Origin: a virus
Lineage: Duplodnaviria; Caudoviricetes
IMG/VR virus record: IMGVR_UViG_3300042922_000258
Span: 1 to 60,974 of that record
Direction: 5' to 3' (one strand)
DNA: 60,974 nucleotides
The position numbers and the translations under genes are program-made. The notes beneath the pieces are model-generated. The model saw nothing but the letters and a program-made list of their open reading frames with translations, did no database searches and had not been told where the DNA came from. Position 1 is the stretch's first letter. The number at the start of each line of letters is the position of its first letter. Positions 1-9,776 of the stretch are shown here, in pieces.

Positions 1-126
1 AATAGGCGGTGAGAACCCCATGATAAATACATCAAATGAATATAAACAAGTCATCCTGGGTGACAATAGAAAGTTTTACGGCGGCGCAACAATTACTTTG
101 CTTGACGGCACGATTTTGACTTTGGA
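1..126 (+). repeat. Terminal overlap of a circular assembly (1-126 = 60838-60963)
   Basis: Identical sequence aataggcggtgagaacccc...gattttgactttgga at both ends. The final 11 nt (ccaaagtcaaa) are the reverse complement of the preceding tttgactttgg, i.e. a fold-back artefact. Confidence 0.95.
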
Positions 127-2245
127 TAACACCAAGATAACATCTATAAAAATTGATGATGCAACTTCGCAAAGCGGACAGTTTTCCATTGGCTCCGCAA
201 TCATAAATAGGTTAACTCTCGCCATCAATAATATGGATGACGAATATTCGGATTATGATTTTACCGATGCAGTTATCCGCCCTACAATTGGACTTCAGTT
301 GTCTTCTACTATTGAAACATTGCAAAAAGGAGTTTTCACAGCGGACGACCCAAAGGTTATCGGCTCCAGGATAAATATATCAGCTAGGGACAATATGAGT
401 AAATTTGATAAACCTTTCAAAGATGTTGTTCAAGCGTTTCCGTGTACGGCTCAAATATTACTGTCAAGCGTGTGCTTGCATTGTGGGGTTGTATTGGCGA
501 CTAATACATTCTTGAATAGTGGATTTGTTATTTCAGAAAGACCCTTGGATGATGCAATTAATTGTCGAGAGATTATCTCTTGGATAGCTCAACTCAGTGG
601 AAATTTTGCAAGATGCAATACTTCTGGCGCACTAGAATTAAAATGGTATGACTTTGAAGTGTTTGAATTGCCCAGTGCTGACGGCGGAAGGTTCGACTCA
701 GCTACGCCTTATGCAAGTGGCGATTCAGTGGATGGCGGAAATTTCACAAACTACAATTTGGGCGATACCCTTGACGGCGGTTCTTTTGTTGATACTAAAC
801 GATACCATCATATATTCCGAACATTCGGAAGTTCCACAATCTCAACTGATGATGTTGTAATCACAGGAATATCGGTCACGGAAAGCGCAGAAACCCCAAC
901 AACGGCTTTATTTGGTTCAAATGGTTATGCTATCGCCTTAGAAGGAAACAAGCTTATTCAGACACCTACGCAAGCGCAAGCCATAGCTAATTCAGTCGGC
1001 GCAAAGATAGTTGGAATGAGATTTCGACCATTGAGCATTTCAGCTTTAAGTGACCCATCAAGAGAAGCCGGGGATGTTGCTTATGTATCTGATAGAAAAG
1101 GAAATTCTTATCAGATTATCCTATCTAATGTAAATTTCGGAACACGTCAACACGACAGGATTTCTTCCGATGCAGAGCCGCCGTCAAGGAATTCAGCCAC
1201 TAGGTATTCGGCTGATAGTAAGGTTGTCATTGAGGGTAGAAAATATACGCAAGATAAAATCACAGCGTACGACTTAATGGTTCAACAACTCAATAATCTT
1301 GTAGCTCATTCGTTCGGGGTTTATAAGACCGACGTTGTTCTTCCAGATGGTTCAACTGTTTATTATATGCATGACAAGCCTACGCTTGCGGAGTCAATGA
1401 AAATCTGGAAACAGACCGCCGATGCTTTTGCGGTCAGCACCGATGGTGGAGTTACCTATACTGCCGGATTTGATGTAAATGGTAACGCAGTATTCAATGT
1501 GTTGTCGGCAATCGGGATAAATGCTGATTGGATTAGGCTTGGAAAACTGCTGTCAAATGATGGTGCGGTTTTAATTGATATGGATTATGGTGTTGCGAAC
1601 TCGGATAATTTTAGCTTCATTGATAATATCCAAGATGGATTTCCTTTGACTATGCCTTTCAATATAGATGATAGTGTTTCAAAAATCAACAAAGTACTTT
1701 TGAAATATACGCAACAAAAATTCCGAACATATTCGACCACTGCGGAAAGCGGAGGCGACTCCACATCAACAAGTACCAGTGGTGGCGGTGTCACCGTGTC
1801 AAGTTTAAGTGGAGGTGGAGGTCTTTATACCTCTACCGATATAGACGAAGGAAGTGCCTTCACAAAGTCTACATGGGATGCAAATGGTTTGGATGGTCAG
1901 CATACACATCAATTTTCTGTAAGTATTGAAGAATTACAGCACAGCCATTTAATTAATTTAAATAGTCATACACATAACGTTGTAATTCAGGACCATAGTC
2001 ACGATGTTGACATCCCTAGCCATATACACAATTTAGACTTCGGCATCATGGAGACTCCAATCACCGAAAACGAAATTCAAGTCTATGTTGATGAAACTCT
2101 TCGTTCGACAGTAACTTCCTTGCAGGGAATTATTGACTTGACGGCATGGGTTGCAACAACTGGATGGCATACAATCGAATTGAGAAGCACCGCATTAAAA
2201 CGAATATCAGCACAAATTAATATAAAGTCATACATAAGAAATTAG
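20..2245 (+). CDS. Tail tip/baseplate hub (Tal-like) protein with C-terminal HxH metal-binding fibre repeats
   Basis: Follows Dit across the circular junction; 741 aa; DGGxF x3; C-terminal HTH/HSH/HTH/HSH/HIH tripeptides typical of metal-bound trimeric fibre tips. Confidence 0.75.
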   Translation: MINTSNEYKQVILGDNRKFYGGATITLLDGTILTLDNTKITSIKIDDATSQSGQFSIGSAIINRLTLAINNMDDEYSDYDFTDAVIRPTIGLQLSSTIETLQKGVFTADDPKVIGSRINISARDNMSKFDKPFKDVVQAFPCTAQILLSSVCLHCGVVLATNTFLNSGFVISERPLDDAINCREIISWIAQLSGNFARCNTSGALELKWYDFEVFELPSADGGRFDSATPYASGDSVDGGNFTNYNLGDTLDGGSFVDTKRYHHIFRTFGSSTISTDDVVITGISVTESAETPTTALFGSNGYAIALEGNKLIQTPTQAQAIANSVGAKIVGMRFRPLSISALSDPSREAGDVAYVSDRKGNSYQIILSNVNFGTRQHDRISSDAEPPSRNSATRYSADSKVVIEGRKYTQDKITAYDLMVQQLNNLVAHSFGVYKTDVVLPDGSTVYYMHDKPTLAESMKIWKQTADAFAVSTDGGVTYTAGFDVNGNAVFNVLSAIGINADWIRLGKLLSNDGAVLIDMDYGVANSDNFSFIDNIQDGFPLTMPFNIDDSVSKINKVLLKYTQQKFRTYSTTAESGGDSTSTSTSGGGVTVSSLSGGGGLYTSTDIDEGSAFTKSTWDANGLDGQHTHQFSVSIEELQHSHLINLNSHTHNVVIQDHSHDVDIPSHIHNLDFGIMETPITENEIQVYVDETLRSTVTSLQGIIDLTAWVATTGWHTIELRSTALKRISAQINIKSYIRN

Positions 2246-2256
2246 GAGGTGGCAAC

Positions 2257-3969
2257 ATGGCAATTAGAGTAAGACGTGGAAATAAAATAGATTTCGACCC
2301 GAATAAATTACTTTCAGGCGAACCCTCGGCACCGCTTGACAGCAAAGAACTTTTTATTGCATTTGGACCTGGCGATGTAAAAAAAATAGCCACCTACGAG
2401 GACATGGTCACTAATATTGAAAACGCCACCACTGAAATCATAGCTGATTTTACTTCCGGTGCCAATGCATCCGCGAACGTTATCGATGGTGTTCTTGATG
2501 GCATTAATCATTTAATTGATGATGTATCCAGTAAATACTACAAAATGGGGTCTGCAAATGGTGAACTATATCTTGAAGAAATTGCTCCTGACCCAACACC
2601 TCCAGTCTCTGAAACTATTTTAGATGATGTTGGAGGATTGCGAGGTAGAATTGACGGTATTGATCTACAACTTGACATTGTTGAGAACAAAAGCGCAATT
2701 GACGTGTATAGCTATGGCGATGAAACAACAATAGACTGGAAAAATGCTATTGCTTTGGCTGCGACAGCAGCGGCAAACAATGGGGTTAATGCCATAAAAT
2801 TTAGAAAAGGAATTTTTCGTACATCGGAAGATTTACCCGAAGATGTGCATGTTTTTGGCGCTGGTATGGGTGAAACATATATCGATTTCGATATAACAAG
2901 TGGTAACGCTATTAGACTAAAAAGATATAATGTACGGCCAATCAAGATTTATGATTTGACGCTTCGAAATTTAAATCCTACTAATGACGTTGGCGGAATT
3001 TATGTATCCAATGACGATATATACTGGGGTACTGGAGCGGATGTGCGAAATGTTGAGTTAATCAATTTTAAAACTTTTGCAATAAAATTGAGAGGTGCTT
3101 ATAACGCAATTTTCGATCATGTAACAACATACAACGATCCTATAAACGGTTTATATATAAATACAATATTAGATATTGGTGGTATAGATACTAGTAGCTT
3201 TTCAAATCAAATAATGTTCAATCAGTGTGTTTTTCATCGTGGTCACATAGCTTATAAAAATAATAGGGGCAGTGGAATTACGTTTAACATTTGTACATTT
3301 GAAGATTTAGATTTGTTAGGAAATATAGAAAGTATTGATGTATCTCCTTGGACTTTCTTTATAGGGTGCCATTTAGAAAAAGTTAGAAAAGTATTTGTTA
3401 ATGCAAAAATGGATGAAGTAACTCTTTTGCCAATTCTGCCTTTGACTAATCACGCTTCGATGGGATTTATCAAAATGCAAGATTGTTTACCTATTGCCTT
3501 TGTTCCTGAATATGCTTTTGATAGTACGGTTGAACCAATAAATTATAAATATTTTACATATGATAAAGGTCTTTCTTTTGATGTATCTGGTACATTCACA
3601 CCAGAATGTTCTGCTACTCTTGTATCGGGAACGTTTTCTTATACTTTTCGCGTTGGCAACTATAGACGGTTAGGTGACAGAATAGATTTTGATATAAAAA
3701 TTGTTGTTGGTACAATGACTGGGGCAGAGGGTAGATTACAAATTACGGGCTTGCCGTTTGTTTCGAATGGAGAATATTTTGTATCAGTAACATCAAGTGG
3801 GTTAACATGGAATGGCACTATGCCTATTGGAATTGTTCAACACGATACGAATACTGTTAATATTTACGGTTCTTCTTCAAATGAAATATTTAACAGCGCA
3901 GATGCTTCAACATTTGGTGCAGGAGATATTATTTATGTTTATGGAAACTATAAAACTTATTCAAATTAA
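2257..3969 (+). CDS. Tailspike/receptor-binding protein with pectate-lyase-like beta-helix
   Basis: N-terminal MAIRVRRG...GEP tail-fibre attachment motif; AIKFRKGIFRT / VFGAGMGET beta-helix start; RBS ggaggt. Confidence 0.7.
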   Translation: MAIRVRRGNKIDFDPNKLLSGEPSAPLDSKELFIAFGPGDVKKIATYEDMVTNIENATTEIIADFTSGANASANVIDGVLDGINHLIDDVSSKYYKMGSANGELYLEEIAPDPTPPVSETILDDVGGLRGRIDGIDLQLDIVENKSAIDVYSYGDETTIDWKNAIALAATAAANNGVNAIKFRKGIFRTSEDLPEDVHVFGAGMGETYIDFDITSGNAIRLKRYNVRPIKIYDLTLRNLNPTNDVGGIYVSNDDIYWGTGADVRNVELINFKTFAIKLRGAYNAIFDHVTTYNDPINGLYINTILDIGGIDTSSFSNQIMFNQCVFHRGHIAYKNNRGSGITFNICTFEDLDLLGNIESIDVSPWTFFIGCHLEKVRKVFVNAKMDEVTLLPILPLTNHASMGFIKMQDCLPIAFVPEYAFDSTVEPINYKYFTYDKGLSFDVSGTFTPECSATLVSGTFSYTFRVGNYRRLGDRIDFDIKIVVGTMTGAEGRLQITGLPFVSNGEYFVSVTSSGLTWNGTMPIGIVQHDTNTVNIYGSSSNEIFNSADASTFGAGDIIYVYGNYKTYSN

Positions 3970-3997
3970 CACCAATTATTGACAGTATTATACATAT

Positions 3998-4714
3998 ATG
4001 TTAAAGTATTCTATGGAGGTGGTACAATTGTCTTTAATTTCAAAAGGTAAAAGTTTTATAGGTAAACATCCTTTTATTACTGGAGTTGTAGCAACGATTT
4101 TTAATAGAACTATTGGATTAAATAAGATTAGAATACACAAAGGTAATTCAATAATTGGCTTAAACCATAGCTTTTTTATTAAAACGAAGTTAAAAATTGT
4201 TGGCACAGGGAATACCATAAGTATTAACAAACTGGGTTATTTGAGAAATTGCTCATTTTATATTCGTGGCAATAACAATAGGATAGCAATCGGGGAGAAA
4301 ATATGTATTATTTCAGGTGATATTTACATCGAAGATAATAACAATGAAATAATTATCGGTGACTCTACTGCTATTTGTGGCTATACACACATTGCTGCTA
4401 CTGAAGGTAAAAAAGTCGTCATTGGTAGTGATTGTTTATTTTCATCCGACGTGACTATACGTACAGGTGACAGTCATTCAATAGTTGATAACGAAGGTAA
4501 AAGAATAAATCAAGCGAAAGATGTACTTATTGGTGATCGTGTTTGGATAGGAAATAAGGCTATAATATTAAAGGGTTCAGTTGTTCAATCTAATTGTATT
4601 ATAGGTTCTGGGTCCGTGGTCACTAAGGCTTTTGAAAAAAGCAACATTACCATAGCAGGGAACCCAGCTAGAGTTATTAAAGAAAATATAAACTGGCTCG
4701 TTAAGAGAATATAA
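3998..4714 (+). CDS. Hexapeptide-repeat (left-handed beta-helix) O-acetyltransferase, moron
   Basis: IGSDCLFSSDVTIRTGDSH, IGDRVWIG, IGSGSVVTK, IAGNPARVIK motifs; AT-rich; start may be the ATG at 4013. Confidence 0.9.
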   Translation: MLKYSMEVVQLSLISKGKSFIGKHPFITGVVATIFNRTIGLNKIRIHKGNSIIGLNHSFFIKTKLKIVGTGNTISINKLGYLRNCSFYIRGNNNRIAIGEKICIISGDIYIEDNNNEIIIGDSTAICGYTHIAATEGKKVVIGSDCLFSSDVTIRTGDSHSIVDNEGKRINQAKDVLIGDRVWIGNKAIILKGSVVQSNCIIGSGSVVTKAFEKSNITIAGNPARVIKENINWLVKRI

Positions 4715-4752
4715 GAATCACAACGTTATTCATTGCGGAGGCGATTTAAAAC

Positions 4753-4923
4753 ATGTCAAAATCCGAATACAAGGAAGAACAAATCAAATTTTTAAATAAA
4801 CAATTATTGGAAGTATGTATTAAGATTGGAAATTCAAAGTACGCTAAAGAATATAAGATGCTCAAGCAATTACAGGCGCAATATAAAAAGCTAATTGAAT
4901 ACTATTCAAGTGAAGATTTATAA
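4753..4923 (+). CDS. Small hypothetical protein (56 aa, MSKSEYKEEQ...)
   Basis: RBS ggaggcg, open frame, followed by a terminator. Confidence 0.5.
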   Translation: MSKSEYKEEQIKFLNKQLLEVCIKIGNSKYAKEYKMLKQLQAQYKKLIEYYSSEDL

Positions 4924-4936
4924 TATCGATACATGG

Positions 4937-5017
4937 TGAGCCAAGGACTTCAATCCTATGGCTCACTTTTTTAATAAAGAAACCCCTCAAAACCGTAAAG
5001 GCTAATGAGGGGTTATT
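4937..5017. terminator. Two adjacent hairpins terminating convergent genes
   Basis: gtgagcca...tggctcac followed by a T-run, and aacccctca...tgaggggtt. Confidence 0.7.
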
Positions 5018-5038
5018 TGTTTGTGTAATACGAATTAT

Positions 5039-5389
5039 TTATCTATTGTTTTTTGCAAATGAATATCCGGTATTGCCATCATTCGTGATTAATTCGAAGT
5101 TGAAGCAATCCAAATCATTTGAAGTCATCAACTCATTTAGTTTATCACTTTTAAGAAATCCGATAGCCAATTTATTGATTTCAGCAAAATCAGCATCATC
5201 ACATGTAATATTAATTTCAATTGCGTTATCGTGAATTTCATAACCACTAATATAATCAAACTCTGTTTCTTGAATAGATAATTCATTTATGAAATCATTT
5301 ATTGCTTGAACGTTCGCTACTTCTTGACGTTCGCCAAACATTGTAAACACCATTATCAACATAAATATACTTTTCATAAGAACCTCCAA
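5039..5389 (-). CDS. Small secreted/membrane-anchored acidic protein (moron)
   Basis: Hydrophobic N-terminus (MKSIFMLIMVFTMFG); opposite strand inside the tail operon; RBS ggagg. Confidence 0.6.
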   Translation of the reverse strand: MEVLMKSIFMLIMVFTMFGERQEVANVQAINDFINELSIQETEFDYISGYEIHDNAIEINITCDDADFAEINKLAIGFLKSDKLNELMTSNDLDCFNFELITNDGNTGYSFAKNNR

Positions 5390-5528
5390 TTGGAAACTAT
5401 TGCTAATAATTTGAATTATAATTCCAATAACATATTTTGTAAATAGTATTTACGAAATAATATAGTTTATTCTGAAAATTACAATTATGTGTGACTTTTT
5501 TACAGTAAAACAGAAAGAAGGTGAAGCC

Positions 5529-6029
5529 ATGCAATTAGAATTTATAATAAGCGGTCAAACATTAGAAAGAAAGCCGTCAGACAAACAAATTCCCGTCTCG
5601 AATTCACGCGGATACCTCAAAGCGCATTTTGCATTGACAGCAGAATTTAAAGGGTTGGTGTCTGCTTATTTTAAGATATATAAAAATGGGATTCCTTCTG
5701 GCGTCCCTGTGCCGCTTGATGATAATTTTATTTGCCAAATACCGGACGGAGTAATCACAGAAGATATGCTTTATGTATCGTTGTCATGTACAGACGGAAC
5801 ATTATTTATACCGACCAATGACGTGCTTGTTAATTTAAGCAAAAGCGGAATTCCAACTGCTCTTCTTCCCGAGCCAGACAACACCATAAATGAATATGAT
5901 AGTTTTCAGACAATGTACCAAGAAGTCAAAACGGAAGCAGATAAAATTAATCTAACCGATGATGTGACAAGCCTTAATTACAAAATTGGAATATCCAACG
6001 GTACAATATTCTTAGAAGAGGTGAATTAG
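5529..6029 (+). CDS. Baseplate/fibre adaptor (BppU-like N-terminal domain)
   Basis: RBS gaaggtga; MQLEFIISGQTLER...YLKAHF pattern; abuts the next fibre gene. Confidence 0.55.
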   Translation: MQLEFIISGQTLERKPSDKQIPVSNSRGYLKAHFALTAEFKGLVSAYFKIYKNGIPSGVPVPLDDNFICQIPDGVITEDMLYVSLSCTDGTLFIPTNDVLVNLSKSGIPTALLPEPDNTINEYDSFQTMYQEVKTEADKINLTDDVTSLNYKIGISNGTIFLEEVN

Positions 6030-7691
6030 ATGGCAGCAGGAGATAAAATATCAATAGCAACAAAAGCGTCGGTTGACGCATTGAGAACCGTTGTGCAAGA
6101 TGCGGTTGACGGAAGTATCCAAGCGGTTTTGGATAGCGAATTAGTAGCAACTGATATCGCCAATAAACTGATTGCGAAGGAACAAGAGTATGCTCCTAGG
6201 TTGACAGGTGTTGAGTCGGGATTGGCTTCAATTGCGACTGAAGTTGATACTATTGTAACGGGATTAGACAACTACTATGTGAAGTGCCTCAACACTGACA
6301 CAGGAGCCTTATTGGTTGTTGCAAGCGGAGCAATTGCAGGACAAATTAATCTATCGGCTGTATCTCCGAGAATGTCAACATATACACCTGTAGTCGGCGA
6401 TTATGTAACTAAGGCAAGCAATATATTGAATGCAGAATTGATACTTGCCAGAAATTCAGCAATAAAATCTAAAGTGTTTGGTTCTGTAGATGCGAGGCTA
6501 GAGGAAGCTGAAGCCGAAATATTGGTAAATACAACAAATATAACTAACAAGGTTGACCTCGCCATAGTCGATACCAAAACAGGCGTATCTATTCAATCTG
6601 CGGTATCCGATGATCTAATTGGAGGCGTAGAGCTTACCAAAATAGAAGGCGCAACATTAATTGCTAAACCTAATGAGAGTGCAGATATTAGTCCGGATAA
6701 TGTGGCTGTGATTACATTTTCGAGTAATTTTGATTTAGTGGCTTGCGCGAAGAATATATTAAGCGGCATGAGATCCGGTACCTATAATCCAACTACTGGG
6801 GCATACGAAAGCAATGCATCGTTAATATGTTCACAAAATATGATGCCAATTGGAAATTATGTAGCAGTAACAGTTTCAGTATCGAAAGTAGGCGCAGGTA
6901 CCAATAATATGATAGTGGCATGCTATGGCTCTAATAAAAATTATTTAGGACGAGTTATAAGCACAACTGGATGGTATGCGTTAAAGAAGCACACGTTTAA
7001 TCTGCTGCAAGGTACTGTATATATTAACCTATATGTCACAATTGATACAGTACCATTATCAGCATTAGTTCAAGTTGAATTAGGGTTTACAGCTACAATC
7101 TACGAACAATACAAATCTAATAAGATTAGCATACCATATGAACTTGCTAAACTTCCCAGTGGATTAGCCGACACAATCGAATTGGGTGTGGATGGTAAAT
7201 GGAAAAAGATACAGAGAATAGGCAAGCGGATATTAAATAGTTCGGAGGCGTGGGGAAATCAAGTGTCTGTTTTAACAAATACGTCTTTGTTTGAATGCGC
7301 TGCTAGCTTTGGTGTAAAAGCATCAGGAAGTAACAATGTCGATTTAGTATGTGATAAATTTTTACCTTTGTCTAGTTACGCAATTGACACGCAATCAATA
7401 TATACAAATCCAAGCGGTCTTTTTAGAATAAGAATAAATAAATCTTTGGCCGCTGACCCTACAGCATTTAAATCATGGCTTGCGACTAATCCAGTAACGG
7501 TGTATTACGAACTTGCAACGCCCATTGAAACCATCATATCGGATCAAACCATTGCATCGTATAAAGGAGTAACAAACATATACACCACGGCCAATCCACC
7601 CGTAACGGTGACGTCAAGGTTTAAATCCAGGCTGAGAAATGTTTATGAATTATTAGCTGCCGCAATAATTAGAATGGGAGGTACTATTTAA
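6030..7691 (+). CDS. Tail fibre/receptor-binding protein
   Basis: QVELGFTATIYEQY and WLATNPVTVYYELATP motifs common in Firmicute phage fibres; position in the tail module. Confidence 0.75.
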   Translation: MAAGDKISIATKASVDALRTVVQDAVDGSIQAVLDSELVATDIANKLIAKEQEYAPRLTGVESGLASIATEVDTIVTGLDNYYVKCLNTDTGALLVVASGAIAGQINLSAVSPRMSTYTPVVGDYVTKASNILNAELILARNSAIKSKVFGSVDARLEEAEAEILVNTTNITNKVDLAIVDTKTGVSIQSAVSDDLIGGVELTKIEGATLIAKPNESADISPDNVAVITFSSNFDLVACAKNILSGMRSGTYNPTTGAYESNASLICSQNMMPIGNYVAVTVSVSKVGAGTNNMIVACYGSNKNYLGRVISTTGWYALKKHTFNLLQGTVYINLYVTIDTVPLSALVQVELGFTATIYEQYKSNKISIPYELAKLPSGLADTIELGVDGKWKKIQRIGKRILNSSEAWGNQVSVLTNTSLFECAASFGVKASGSNNVDLVCDKFLPLSSYAIDTQSIYTNPSGLFRIRINKSLAADPTAFKSWLATNPVTVYYELATPIETIISDQTIASYKGVTNIYTTANPPVTVTSRFKSRLRNVYELLAAAIIRMGGTI

Positions 7692-7900
7692 TGTTTGATA
7701 TAAGAGAATTTATTAAAACCAATTTAATTCAAGGAGTTAAGAACGGAAGTTTTACAAGAGAATATGCCAATATTTTAGGCGTAAATTATCTTACCAAGGG
7801 GTTGGTGGCAAATGAAGATTTAGTGGAAATTGATTTAGCAACCGCGCCAGAACCGATTGAAACACTCACGGAAGAAATTCCAGAGGAAGTTATAGTTTAA
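7691..7900 (+). CDS. Small fibre-associated (chaperone-like) protein
   Basis: Translationally coupled (TAATG) to the fibre gene; 69 aa, acidic tail. Confidence 0.55.
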   Translation: MFDIREFIKTNLIQGVKNGSFTREYANILGVNYLTKGLVANEDLVEIDLATAPEPIETLTEEIPEEVIV

Positions 7901-8120
7901 TTCGCAATTGGACAATAAAGCGACAAAAATAATGTAAATAATTTGAATAAAACACTTGTAATCTTGTCTCATAATGGTATAATATGGCTACAACCATAAA
8001 AAGAAGAGGTAGGCTCTTCCCTGCGAAAGTTGTAGCCTACCTCACCATTATGACACTAGGTGCCATGGGGACATTATACACCCTCTGTGCATTTAGTGCA
8101 AGAAGGAGAGTGTATTTTTT

Positions 8121-9137
8121 ATGCCCAATTTGAGCCAAGAGATCGCAATTAACATCATCAACGAGGTAATAAAGATAGTACCGTATTTCGATGTTGATAT
8201 TCAACAGCAAGTCAAACTGAGAGATAAAATTGAAGAGCAATTAAATGATTATGAAGTTACAAGCAAATGTACAGCACTTGCAAGATGTGATATTTTGGAT
8301 AAGGCTTTTATCTATCTTGCATGTAAAAAGCTTGAAGGAATGAAAGAAACAACTCGGTACAATTATACTTTATTACTTAAGAGATTGGACGGGCATTTCA
8401 ATAAACCAATATCCACCATTACCACAATGGATTTGCGAATGTTTCTAGCAAGTGAATACAAAGATAATCAACCGAATAGTTTAAATAGCAAAATAAGCTT
8501 ATTGAAGGCTTTCTTTATTTGGCTACAAGACGAAGGGTATATAGTACAAAATCCCACCAAGAACTTACAACAAGCTAAGGAACCATACCGCAGACGAGGT
8601 CATGTAACACCAATTGATGTCGAAAAGATGCGTGAAGAATGCAAGAGTGTTCGAGATAAGGCATTATTTGAAATCTTACTGTCAACCGGATGCCGCGTAT
8701 CTGAGATTACTAATGCAACACTAGACAAGATAGATTGGCAGAATAACAGCATTGAAGTTATTGGCAAGGGTGATAAGGAACGAATGGTTTATTTCAGCAC
8801 CAGAGCGCGCTTGTTTCTGATTAATTACATATCGGATCGCGAAAAGTCCGGCATACTTAGCAACAGCTTATTTGCAGCAAGCAAGAAGCCGTATTTAAAG
8901 CTAGGGCGCAGAAGTATTGAGCGTATTATAGGCGATATAGCCGAGAGAGCCGGAATTTCATATAGCGTTTTTCCGCATTTAATGAGGCATACGTTTGCAA
9001 CAACCGGTGTCAATCAAGATGTTCCAGTACATATCTTGCAAAAATTAATGGGACATTCAAGTCCTGGAGTTACCGAGAAATATTATGATTTAAACGATAA
9101 TAACATAAAGCAAGAATATAGGAAAATAGCACTTTAA
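8121..9137 (+). CDS. XerC/D-like tyrosine recombinase (second recombinase, in the tail module)
   Basis: TGCRVSE, GKGDKER, HLMRHTFAT, LMGH, TEKYY catalytic set; N-terminal SAM-like domain; own TGnTATAAT promoter near 7975-7983. Confidence 0.92.
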   Translation: MPNLSQEIAINIINEVIKIVPYFDVDIQQQVKLRDKIEEQLNDYEVTSKCTALARCDILDKAFIYLACKKLEGMKETTRYNYTLLLKRLDGHFNKPISTITTMDLRMFLASEYKDNQPNSLNSKISLLKAFFIWLQDEGYIVQNPTKNLQQAKEPYRRRGHVTPIDVEKMREECKSVRDKALFEILLSTGCRVSEITNATLDKIDWQNNSIEVIGKGDKERMVYFSTRARLFLINYISDREKSGILSNSLFAASKKPYLKLGRRSIERIIGDIAERAGISYSVFPHLMRHTFATTGVNQDVPVHILQKLMGHSSPGVTEKYYDLNDNNIKQEYRKIAL

Positions 9138-9144
9138 AATTATG

Positions 9145-9177
9145 GAGTCGGGAGTTAAAACCTCTCGGCTCTTTTTA
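9145..9177 (+). terminator. Rho-independent terminator after the recombinase
   Basis: gagtcgggag...ctctcggctc followed by ttttt. Confidence 0.75.
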
Positions 9178-9289
9178 TATATTTAAATACTACCAAGATA
9201 TTCATTGACAGCAATCTCTTACACCTGGTCGACTTGCTTAATAACAAAACTGCAGTAATATAAAAAATACCGAAAGAAGGAACTCATAC

Positions 9290-9598
9290 ATGGCTGAATT
9301 TGTTGCAAGATATGGATTAGAAGTTTTACTTACTGGAGTTACAACTGTGCTGTCTGGAGCATGCGTATATATTTACCGTCAATTTAAGGCGATCAAGTTA
9401 GGTATGCAAGCCTCACTAAGAGACAGCATCATTACAAAATATGATAAATACATGGACAGGAAATGGATACCTATCTATGCAATGGACAATGTTGAAGCCA
9501 TGTATAAGCAGTACCATGCATTAGGTGGAAACGGAACAATAACAGATTTATACAAGGAACTATTGGAATTGCCACATAGAAAAGAGGATATCAAATGA
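9290..9598 (+). CDS. Holin-like membrane protein
   Basis: One N-terminal TM helix; Y..YHALGGNG motif typical of Firmicute lysis-module proteins. Confidence 0.7.
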   Translation: MAEFVARYGLEVLLTGVTTVLSGACVYIYRQFKAIKLGMQASLRDSIITKYDKYMDRKWIPIYAMDNVEAMYKQYHALGGNGTITDLYKELLELPHRKEDIK

Positions 9599-9774
9599 AA
9601 GAAAAATTAGCGAAGTTGATTAATGTTAAGAGCCTAGTAACACTCATATTGACGGCGGTTTTTAGTTTTCTAGCTGTCAAAGGAGAAATTTCCGGTCAAG
9701 AGTTTATCGGGATATTTACAATGATAATTGCTTTTTATTTTGGTACTCAATCTGTTAAAAAAGAAGGTGAATAA
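9595..9774 (+). CDS. Small two-TM holin (59 aa; not in the ORF track)
   Basis: MKEKLAKLINVKSLVTLILTAVFSFLAVKGEISGQEFIGIFTMIIAFYFGTQSVKKEGE; lies between the holin and the endolysin. Confidence 0.8.
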   Translation: MKEKLAKLINVKSLVTLILTAVFSFLAVKGEISGQEFIGIFTMIIAFYFGTQSVKKEGE

Positions 9775-9776
9775 TT

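Noticed and set aside
2662-4745. Second pair of recombinase sites around the tailspike/acetyltransferase
   Set aside because: The LQLDIVENK junction (about 2662) and tcacaacgttattcattgcg (about 4718) only weakly resemble the 6215/7901 sites; not supportable by eye.
20-7900. Diversity-generating retroelement acting on the fibres
   Set aside because: No reverse transcriptase and no TR/VR pair differing at adenines were seen.
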